The notes under the pieces: generated by a model
The model's database searches: none
What the model was told of the DNA's origin: nothing
What the model saw: only the letters and a program-made list of their open reading frames with translations
Shown: positions 57,031 to 64,000 of the stretch, one piece after another
How positions within the stretch are numbered: position 1 is the stretch's first letter
How the letters are laid out: each line of letters opens with the position of its first letter
Translations under genes and position numbers: made by a program
Source of the DNA: an uncultured Bacteroidaceae bacterium
GTDB taxonomy: Bacteria > Bacteroidota > Bacteroidia > Bacteroidales > GCA-2748055
DNA length: 64,000 bases
Direction: 5' to 3'
Assembly: GCA_964479445.1 (NCBI GenBank)
Contig: CAYZMH010000003.1
Location: forward strand, 49,858-113,857

Positions 57031-57972
57031 ATGAAAACTCATTATTCCATGGATGACCTGGGGAAGATTATCAATCCAGTGGTCACAACCGGAACGTTTG
57101 ACGGGGTGCATGCAGGACATCATGTGATTATCAACCGCTTGATCCAGAGGGCTCGTGAAATTAGAGGAGAGTCGGTTCTGATCACCTTTCATCCGCATCC
57201 GCGCAGGGTTCTTTATCCGGAAGCCCAGGGTAAAAACCTGTTGTTGATCAATTCCCAGGAAGAGAAAAAGGAGTTGCTTTCAAAAACGGGGCTGGACCAT
57301 CTGATCATCCTGGAATTTACGCGTGATTTTTCTGCCACCTCGTGCTCCGAATTTGTGGAACAATACCTGGTGGGACGCTTGCATTCGAAAATCATTGTGG
57401 TTGGTTTTAACCACTATTTTGGAAAGAATAAACGGGGTGATTTTGAATACCTTTACCGTCTCCAGGAGAAGTACTCATTCAGGGTGGAGGAGATTCCGCA
57501 TCATGATATTCAAAATGAAACAGTCAGTTCCACCAAGATCCGCAGTGCGCTGACGGAGGGAAACATCCAGCGCGCCAATGCATATCTGGAGCATCATTAC
57601 AGGATCATTGCCGTTTTGTTTGCTAATGATGACGATCATGATCAGACAGGTAAAGAGGTGTATGATGTGAATATCAATGAGCGCATTAAGCTAATACCTG
57701 CAGATGGCATTTATGCAGTATCTGTTCATGTCCGTAATAAAATGCACAAAGCGCTCTTTCTTGTGGAGGACGGGGGTGTTGAAAACAATATGCTTGCTTC
57801 CACGCTAAAAATGAAGACAGTGCCTCTTGAACAGACAGGCGGGTTGGATCGGGTAAAGGGTACGATCTGTTTTCATAAAAGGATTGGCTCACCTGTCAGA
57901 TCACGAAATACAATCAGGGAGAGTAAGATACTGGAGACAGGTCTCCGTGATATTGAAGAGTTGATCTATTGA
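57031..57972 (+). CDS. ribF: bifunctional riboflavin kinase / FMN adenylyltransferase
   Basis: 313 aa. It has TTGTFDGVHAGHHVII and SSTKIR motifs. Confidence 0.85.
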   Translation: MKTHYSMDDLGKIINPVVTTGTFDGVHAGHHVIINRLIQRAREIRGESVLITFHPHPRRVLYPEAQGKNLLLINSQEEKKELLSKTGLDHLIILEFTRDFSATSCSEFVEQYLVGRLHSKIIVVGFNHYFGKNKRGDFEYLYRLQEKYSFRVEEIPHHDIQNETVSSTKIRSALTEGNIQRANAYLEHHYRIIAVLFANDDDHDQTGKEVYDVNINERIKLIPADGIYAVSVHVRNKMHKALFLVEDGGVENNMLASTLKMKTVPLEQTGGLDRVKGTICFHKRIGSPVRSRNTIRESKILETGLRDIEELIY

Positions 57973-58047
57973 ACCATGTGCATCCTGTTTTGTATCTTTC
58001 ACCTGTGAACTACTGTTTCAGGGCTAGGCTACTGATAACCACATATT

Positions 58048-58290
58048 ATGGAAAAACGCATCGGAGCTGCTATTGTTGTGATTGAAGACACAAGCCGCAT
58101 AGAACGACTTAACCAGATTGTAACCGAACATTCAGGCATGGTACTGGGAAGGCAGGGGATCCCCATGCGTGAACGCGGACTGAATATCATTTCACTGGTC
58201 GTGGAGGGATCCACGGATGAGATTGGTGCTCTTACAGGCAAGATCGGTCGTATACCGGGTATCCGGATTAAATCGGTGCTTGCCACATAA
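58048..58290 (+). CDS. TM1266-family small ACT-like protein (putative iron-only hydrogenase system regulator)
   Basis: 80 aa. The pattern RIGAAIVVIEDTSRIERLNQIVTEHSGMVLGRQGIP...NIISLVVEGSTDEIGALTGKIGRIPGI matches my recollection of the TM1266/TIGR03959 family. Confidence 0.6.
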   Translation: MEKRIGAAIVVIEDTSRIERLNQIVTEHSGMVLGRQGIPMRERGLNIISLVVEGSTDEIGALTGKIGRIPGIRIKSVLAT

Positions 58291-58577
58291 GAAATGTTAA
58301 AAAATCCCGTGGTTTTGTTAAAATTGGTATTTGATCCAACAAATCCGGCATTTAACGGTTATAACCATTGAAAAGTAATTGTTGGGGTGCAAGGCAGGCT
58401 GCGAATCTTTTTGAGGGTTTTAGGGAGTGTAGCAGTCTGCCTTATTTTATTTCAAGAATTATCTCACCACTTTACCAACGAAAAGGTCTCTGCAAATGAC
58501 CAATATCGTTCTCTTCTATTGATAATCAATTGATTCTTACACCTCTGTTACATCTTTTGGAAATTCCTGTCGGTTTA

Positions 58578-58640
58578 TTCCTCCTTCGCGTTCGCTTCGG
58601 CGGACGAGTTTCCTCCTTCGCATTTGCTTCGGCGGACGAG
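58578..58640 (+). repeat. tandem 31/32 bp direct repeat (2 copies), each able to form a UUCG-loop hairpin
   Basis: The copies are ttcctccttcgcgttcgcttcggcggacgag and tttcctccttcgcatttgcttcggcggacgag. They lie inside the 538 nt non-coding region upstream of the ADP-forming acetyl-CoA synthetase gene. Confidence 0.7.
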
Positions 58641-58828
58641 GAGGTTGGTTTAATTCCTCGGAGTTTTACTCCGAAAACAAGGGTCCAGGGTTCTTCCCTG
58701 AGGTTTAATACCATTTATTCAGAGAACCCGGTGGATGGCTGGTTGACTCTTTTATGTTCTAAGACACGCGTTGAAATTCCTGTGCTACGTTCGGCTTTTC
58801 TATCTTTAAGCTGCAAATTGAAAGCTTA

Positions 58829-60889
58829 ATGATTACAACAGAACTTATTGATCCTCACAGTATAGCAGTAATCGGGGCCTCCAATAATACAGGAAAACCC
58901 GGTGGCAAGATTTTTTATAATATCCGGCATGGCTCTTTTTCCGGAGAGCTTTATGCAATGAATCCGAAGGAAGAAAAAATTCAGGGCAATCCTGCTTTCC
59001 GCGATCTGATGGATCTTCCGGAGACTGAATTGGCCATACTGGCAATACCTTCAAAATTTTGTGAGGAGGCAGTTGAAATTATGGCGCGGGAAAAGAGAAC
59101 CCGTGCATTCATAATTATTTCAGCAGGTTTCAGCGAAGAGCACGATAAAGGTGCTGCTATTGAAAAACGGATTACAGAGATCTGCAATCGCTACGAAGCT
59201 GCCCTGATCGGGCCCAATTGCATTGGTGTAATGACCCCCTCTTACCAGGGTGTGTTTACCCTTCCCATTCCGAAACTTGATCCCGCCGGCTGTGATTTTA
59301 TATCGGGAAGCGGGGCCACTGCCGTTTTTATCATGGAAGCAGGTTTGCAAAAAGGATTGAAGTTTAACAGCGTATTTTCAGTAGGTAATTCGGCACAGAA
59401 CGGGGTGGAGGATGTCCTGGAGTATATGGATCAAACCTTTCGTCCGGGGGAGAGTTCGCTGACAAAAATCCTCTACTTTGAATCCATAAAGAATCCTGAC
59501 AAATTGTTACGGCACGCTTCGAGTCTGAGAAGGAAAGGGTGCAGAATCGCAGCTATCAAAGCAGGTACTTCTGAAGCCGGAAGCCGGGCGGCCTCTTCGC
59601 ATACTGGGGCACTGGCCAGTTCAGATCAGGCTGTGGATGCGTTGTTCAGGAAAGCAGGTATTATCCGCTGTTATGGCAGGGATGAGCTTACAACAGTGGC
59701 ATCGGTGCTCCAGTATCCGGAAAAGTCCATTCATAAGGTGGCGATTATCACCCATGCAGGCGGACCGGCGGTTATGCTGACCGATGCTCTTGCAGAGGGA
59801 GGTATCCGGGTTCCACACCTGGAAGGTACTGCGGCCAACGAATTAAAAGAATCGCTCTTCCCGGGATCTTCCACGGCCAATCCAATTGACATTCTTGCCA
59901 CAGGAACAGCCGAACAGGTTGGTATATGCCTTGAGTATTGCGAAAACAGGTTTTCGGAGATTGATGCCGTTGTGGTGATTTTTGGAACACCCGGGCTTGC
60001 TCCTGTATTTGATGTGTATGATACCATGCATGAGCACATGAAGAGGAGTAAAAAGCCTGTATTTCCGGTCCTGCCGTCGGTGACAACAGCTAAGAAGGAG
60101 GTTGAATCATTCCTGGCAGCCGGAAATATGAATTTTCCCGATGAAGTACTTCTTGGAAAGGCCCTCACAAAAGTATCCGGCACTCCTTTTCCGGCAAATG
60201 AGTCTGTATACCTGGAGGGCATTAATATCCAGGAGATCCGGAATCTTATAAGTACTTCTCCCGGAGGATACCTGCCCCCGGAAACAGTTCAAAAGATGTT
60301 GGATCATGCCGGTATTCCCACGGTTACCGAAAAAGTGGTTACCGAAAATTCTTTTTTAACAGAGGCAGCGGAGCAGATCGGGTATCCCATTGTAATGAAG
60401 GTGGTCGGACCGGTACATAAAACAGATGTTGGCGGAGTTGTCCTGGATATCGGGGACGAGGAGAGTCTGTTAAAGAGTTTTGAGGGGATGAAAGCCATTG
60501 AAGGATGCGAAGGGGTATTGGTTCAGCCCATGTTAACCGGACTGGAATTGTTTGCAGGGGCAACATATGAACCGGGTTACGGGCATGTGATAATGTGTGG
60601 GCTGGGAGGCATATACATTGAAGCTCTGAAGGATGTATCGACCGGACTGGCACCTCTTTCCAGGGCGGAGGCATGTTCTATGATCAGATCCTTAAGAAGC
60701 TATAGCTTACTGGAGGGAGTGAGAGGTGAAAAGGGGATTAATATTGAAGCTTTCGCGGATATACTGGTTCGGCTTTCTTCGTTCCTGCGCTATTCCACCG
60801 AGATTCGCGAGCTTGACTTGAATCCGCTCATGGCAAGAGGTGAAGAGATTATGGTAGTGGATTCCCGGATACGGATTGAGAAGGCCTGA
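58829..60889 (+). CDS. ADP-forming acetyl-CoA synthetase / acetate--CoA ligase family protein (fused alpha-beta; CoA-binding, succinyl-CoA-synthetase-like and ATP-grasp domains)
   Basis: 686 aa. It has PHSIAVIGASNNTGKPG, SHTGALAS (phospho-His loop), and a C-terminal ATP-grasp domain (GYPIVMKVVGPVHKTDVGGV). Confidence 0.85.
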   Translation: MITTELIDPHSIAVIGASNNTGKPGGKIFYNIRHGSFSGELYAMNPKEEKIQGNPAFRDLMDLPETELAILAIPSKFCEEAVEIMAREKRTRAFIIISAGFSEEHDKGAAIEKRITEICNRYEAALIGPNCIGVMTPSYQGVFTLPIPKLDPAGCDFISGSGATAVFIMEAGLQKGLKFNSVFSVGNSAQNGVEDVLEYMDQTFRPGESSLTKILYFESIKNPDKLLRHASSLRRKGCRIAAIKAGTSEAGSRAASSHTGALASSDQAVDALFRKAGIIRCYGRDELTTVASVLQYPEKSIHKVAIITHAGGPAVMLTDALAEGGIRVPHLEGTAANELKESLFPGSSTANPIDILATGTAEQVGICLEYCENRFSEIDAVVVIFGTPGLAPVFDVYDTMHEHMKRSKKPVFPVLPSVTTAKKEVESFLAAGNMNFPDEVLLGKALTKVSGTPFPANESVYLEGINIQEIRNLISTSPGGYLPPETVQKMLDHAGIPTVTEKVVTENSFLTEAAEQIGYPIVMKVVGPVHKTDVGGVVLDIGDEESLLKSFEGMKAIEGCEGVLVQPMLTGLELFAGATYEPGYGHVIMCGLGGIYIEALKDVSTGLAPLSRAEACSMIRSLRSYSLLEGVRGEKGINIEAFADILVRLSSFLRYSTEIRELDLNPLMARGEEIMVVDSRIRIEKA

Positions 60890-60957
60890 CAGGTTTCAGT
60901 TGCCAGGTTCCCGGTGCCTTCTTCCAGACCGGAGTATTAACATGATAAGTCAAAATT

Positions 60958-62274
60958 ATGAGATCAACACCTATTAATGAAAACGTTGTTCATGAAATGA
61001 TTGATGCCTTCGGTGTGCATCCCGTTGGCAGAGCTTCCATCAGGGAGATTGTTAAGATTGTAAACGACATTGAGGCTGAGACAGGGGAGCGTTTCATTCG
61101 CATGGAGATGGGGGTGCCCGGACTTGATCCGGCATCTGTAGGTGTAGAAGCTGAGATTGAAGCACTTAAAAGTGGTATAGCATCTGTCTATCCGAATATT
61201 GAAGGGATTCCATCGCTGAAGAAAGAGATATCCCGTTTTGTCAGACTCTTTATGGATATCGATGTACCCCCGGAATGTTGTATTCCAACCGTTGGATCTA
61301 TGATGGGAGGGATGGCTTCGTTCATGGTGGTTAACCGGTCGGACCGTAACCGGACCGGAACACTTTTCCTGGATCCGGGGTTTCCTGTTCAGAAACAGCA
61401 ATGTCTTGTCCTCGGACATGCCTTTGGATCGTTTGATTTCTATGATTATCGCGGGGATAAGCTGGAAGCCAAACTGGAGAGTGAGATCAGTAAAGGCCAT
61501 TACTCTTCTATCCTCTATTCCAATCCCAATAATCCGGCCTGGATCTGTTTAACTGAAGAGGAGTTGGAAATTATCGCCCGGGTTGCGTCAAAGTATGATG
61601 TTACCGTAATTGAGGATCTCGCTTATTTTGGTATGGATTTCAGAAAAGATTTTTCCAGGCCCGGAGAACCACCCTACCAGCCAACAGTGGCTAAATATAT
61701 GGATAACTGGGTGTTGCTGATATCCAGTTCTAAAGCATTCAGCTATGCCGGGCAGAGGGTAGGTATGATGGTTGTCTCACCAACTCTTTATAACAGGAGA
61801 TTTCCGGATCTCACGCGATACTACTCTTCTGAGAAATTTGGTCATGCCATGATTTACGGAGCTCTTTATGCTCTTTCTGCCGGCGCAGCCCATTCTCCTC
61901 AATTTGCACTTGCTGCCATGTTGAAAGCGGTGAACGACGGAGCGTATAATTTCCTCGATGTGGTGAAAGAGTACGGAGAAAAAGCCCGAATCATGAAATC
62001 ACTCTTTTTGAAATACGGTTTTCAACTCGTGTATGAAAAAGACCTGGATCAACCTATAGCCGATGGATTTTACTTCACCATATCTTATCCCGGATTCAGC
62101 GGTGATGCCCTGGTGGAAGAGCTACTCTTCTACGGGATCAGTTCTATATCATTGGATATAACCGGCAGTGCCCATCCCGAGGGGCTGAGAGCCTGTGTCT
62201 CCATGGTTGGAAGGGATCAGTTCCGGGACCTGGAAAAGCGGTTGCAGGGCTTCAGAAAGGATCATCCCGTGTAG
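60958..62274 (+). CDS. PLP-dependent aminotransferase (class I/II fold)
   Basis: 438 aa. It has NPNNPAW and SSSKAFSYAGQRVG (PLP-lysine region). The substrate is not determinable from sequence. Confidence 0.8.
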   Translation: MRSTPINENVVHEMIDAFGVHPVGRASIREIVKIVNDIEAETGERFIRMEMGVPGLDPASVGVEAEIEALKSGIASVYPNIEGIPSLKKEISRFVRLFMDIDVPPECCIPTVGSMMGGMASFMVVNRSDRNRTGTLFLDPGFPVQKQQCLVLGHAFGSFDFYDYRGDKLEAKLESEISKGHYSSILYSNPNNPAWICLTEEELEIIARVASKYDVTVIEDLAYFGMDFRKDFSRPGEPPYQPTVAKYMDNWVLLISSSKAFSYAGQRVGMMVVSPTLYNRRFPDLTRYYSSEKFGHAMIYGALYALSAGAAHSPQFALAAMLKAVNDGAYNFLDVVKEYGEKARIMKSLFLKYGFQLVYEKDLDQPIADGFYFTISYPGFSGDALVEELLFYGISSISLDITGSAHPEGLRACVSMVGRDQFRDLEKRLQGFRKDHPV

Positions 62275-62503
62275 GTATCTATTTATATCATTTATAAAAA
62301 GGGCAGAGAGGGATAAAATTTGGAATAGGGGTATGACTTTTTTTTTAACTAGCGGAGGAATGGTTAATTTTCCCTTTTATTCCCGGCAATGAAAATAGGC
62401 CTGTTATTTAACAGGTCTTGAACCTGTCGCTTATCATACATTGCGGTGAATAACGGATTTTTAGAAATCGTAATTTAGTACGTCAGATTTAATATCGAGA
62501 AAT

Positions 62504-62734
62504 ATGGCTAAAATGCAAGGAGCAATCGTGGTTGACATTGAGCGATGCAAAGGATGTGGTGTTTGCGTGGTGAATTGTCCCACGGAAGTGATTGATCTCG
62601 CCAGGGAGGTCAATGGAAAAGGGTATCATTATGCCTATATGGTGCAACCTGATCGGTGTACCGGGTGCACTAACTGTGCAATTGTATGTCCCGATGGCGC
62701 CATAACAGTTTATCGTGTAAAAAATAAATCTTAA
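62504..62734 (+). CDS. korD: 2x[4Fe-4S] ferredoxin, delta subunit of a 2-oxoacid:ferredoxin oxidoreductase
   Basis: 76 aa. It has CKGCGVCVVNCP and CTGCTNCAIVCP. Confidence 0.8.
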   Translation: MAKMQGAIVVDIERCKGCGVCVVNCPTEVIDLAREVNGKGYHYAYMVQPDRCTGCTNCAIVCPDGAITVYRVKNKS

Positions 62735-62744
62735 GATATAATCC

Positions 62745-63815
62745 ATGAAGGAACTACGATTAATGAAAGGCAATGAGGCGGTTGCCGAAGCAGCGATCAG
62801 AGCTGGTGTGGATGCTTATTTCGGGTATCCTATCACACCCCAGTCTGAGGTACTGGAATACCTTACCCAGGAACGGCCGGAGGAGCGAACAGGGATGATT
62901 GTACTGCAGGCAGAAAGTGAAATTGCTGCAATTAATATGGTATATGGGGCTGCCGGAACCGGAAAGAAGGTAATGACCTCCTCCTCGAGTCCCGGGATCA
63001 GTCTGAAAATGGAGGGAATAAGTTATATAGCAGGAGCAGAGTTACCATGTGTAGTATTGAACGTAGTGCGGGGAGGACCGGGTCTTGGCACCATCCAGCC
63101 TTCACAGGCCGATTATTTCCAGGCAACCAAAGGGGGCGGCCATGGGGATTACCGGTTGATCGTGCTGGCACCTGCCTCGGTTCAGGAGATGGCTGATTTT
63201 GTTGACCTGGCATTTGAACTGGCGTTTAAGTACCGAAATCCTGCCATGATTCTGTCCGACGGACTTATCGGGCAGATGATGGAAAAGGTGGAGATGCCAG
63301 ATCAGAAAGAGCGACTGACCGAATTCGACCAGGATTGGGTGATTACCGGCAAGAGCAACGGCCGTGAACGTAATATCATTACCTCCCTGAACCTGGATCC
63401 CGAGGAACAATACAGACACAACATTCATCTCCAGGAGAAGTATGCATCCATGTCGCAGGATGTACAATTCGAAACATTCCATTGTGAAGATGCTGATTTC
63501 CTGCTTGTGGCTTATGGCTCCAGTTCCCGTATTTGTCAGAAATCAGTGGATATTGCCAGGAGCCAGGGTAAGAAATTGGGACTTCTGCGACCTATAACGC
63601 TGTTCCCCTTCCCAAAAGAGGTGATTACAAAACTTGCCCGCCAGGTTAAAGGAATCCTTAGCGTGGAGATGAGTGCAGGACAGATGGTAGAAGATGTAAA
63701 ACTGGCTGTGAACGGGCGTATTCCCGTTCATCATTATGGTACTTTCGGCGGTAAGATCTTTTCTCCCGAGGATGTACTTGAAGCCATCAATGAAAAATTT
63801 GTAGGAGGACTATAA
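62745..63815 (+). CDS. korA: 2-oxoacid:ferredoxin oxidoreductase alpha subunit (KorA/VorB-like)
   Basis: 356 aa. It has the MKGNEAVAEAAIRAGVDAYFGYPITPQSE N-terminus typical of OFOR alpha subunits. Confidence 0.85.
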   Translation: MKELRLMKGNEAVAEAAIRAGVDAYFGYPITPQSEVLEYLTQERPEERTGMIVLQAESEIAAINMVYGAAGTGKKVMTSSSSPGISLKMEGISYIAGAELPCVVLNVVRGGPGLGTIQPSQADYFQATKGGGHGDYRLIVLAPASVQEMADFVDLAFELAFKYRNPAMILSDGLIGQMMEKVEMPDQKERLTEFDQDWVITGKSNGRERNIITSLNLDPEEQYRHNIHLQEKYASMSQDVQFETFHCEDADFLLVAYGSSSRICQKSVDIARSQGKKLGLLRPITLFPFPKEVITKLARQVKGILSVEMSAGQMVEDVKLAVNGRIPVHHYGTFGGKIFSPEDVLEAINEKFVGGL

Positions 63816-63817
63816 TT

Positions 63818-64000
63818 ATGGATATAAAAGAGATCATTCGCGAAGAGAACCTGGTCCATAAACGTACACCGCTTATGACCAACGCACCGCTTTCCTATTG
63901 TCCGGGCTGCGGACATGGTACTGCTCACCATATTATTATGGAAGTGGTTGAGGAATTGGGGATTCAATCTGATACAATTGGTATTGCCCCGGTTGGTTGT
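63818..64000 (+). CDS. korB: 2-oxoacid:ferredoxin oxidoreductase beta (TPP-binding) subunit; N-terminal fragment that runs off the window
   Basis: It is absent from the ORF track. The ATG at 63818 lies 2 nt after the korA stop. The translation is MDIKEIIREENLVHKRTPLMTNAPLSYCPGCGHGTAHHII with the CPGCGHG cluster/TPP motif. Confidence 0.8.
   Translation, partial: MDIKEIIREENLVHKRTPLMTNAPLSYCPGCGHGTAHHIIMEVVEELGIQSDTIGIAPVGC

Noticed and set aside
58578-58640. Possible CRISPR array
   Set aside because: There are only two directly abutting copies with no spacers, and no cas genes anywhere in the window.
58560-58783. MITE-like insertion flanked by the 11 bp direct repeat GAAATTCCTGT
   Set aside because: No terminal inverted repeats lie inside the direct repeats, and I could see no second copy in the window. 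I kept it only as a possibility within the repeat-rich-leader finding.
58530-58829. 99 aa plus-strand ORF (and 62 aa minus-strand ORF 58526-58714) upstream of the acetyl-CoA synthetase gene
   Set aside because: Both span the tandem repeat and hairpin region. The translation (…RVRFGGRVSSFAFASADEEV…) simply mirrors the DNA repeat, there is no start context, and the two overlap each other. I treat the region as non-coding.
1-64000. Recognisable phage-defence systems, prophage or mobile-element genes, toxin-antitoxin pairs, and secondary-metabolite clusters
   Set aside because: Reading all ORFs of 60 aa or more, I saw no integrase, transposase, restriction-modification, Cas, capsid or terminase, PKS, NRPS or RiPP-maturase signatures. 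The STAND/WD40 gene is the only conflict-system-like element, and it is reported separately.

Overview
The window looks like a chromosomal segment of an anaerobic Bacteroidota genome. Supporting signs are T9SS C-terminal sorting domains, TAnnTTTG -7 promoter boxes close to start codons, an acidic lipoprotein export signal, and a fermentative gene content. I call about 50 CDS. I found no rRNA, tRNA, CRISPR array, transposase or integrase.

Layout from start to end:
1. 1-10407 (-): one tightly packed operon that joins leucine/isovalerate catabolism (methylcrotonyl-CoA carboxylase alpha and beta, enoyl-CoA hydratase, acyl-CoA dehydrogenase) directly to the mevalonate pathway (IDI-2, HMG-CoA reductase, three GHMP-fold enzymes).
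2. 10688-11467 (-): a VUT/YhhQ-type transporter.
3. 11704-28197 (+): a 16.5 kb six-gene operon. It encodes an MFS-HEAT-cNMP fusion, a HAMP-PP2C phosphatase, a STAND NTPase with TM helix, coiled coil and WD40 repeats, an outer-membrane barrel, a surface lipoprotein, and a roughly 2000 aa T9SS cargo protein.
4. 28203-44814: housekeeping genes (flavodiiron protein, psd, cdsA, ftsH, rsfS, birA, pyrE, Nudix, a TlpA-like protein, coaD, an APC transporter, a LytTR response regulator, lon).
5. 44929-58290: a hydrogenase island. A HydCBA-type [FeFe]-hydrogenase operon is flanked by two further H-domain paralogues, one PAS-linked with a PP2C phosphatase and one fused to a histidine kinase. It also contains a REC protein, a REC-HK hybrid, Rex, ribF and a TM1266-like regulator.
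6. 58829-64000 (+): ADP-forming acetyl-CoA synthetase, an aminotransferase, and a korDAB-type 2-oxoacid:ferredoxin oxidoreductase.

The two best candidates for undescribed biology are the STAND/WD40 envelope operon and the hydrogenase island. In the island, none of the three H-domain proteins keeps the canonical TSCCP proton-relay motif.

All functional calls come from motif and family recognition by eye. No database search was run.
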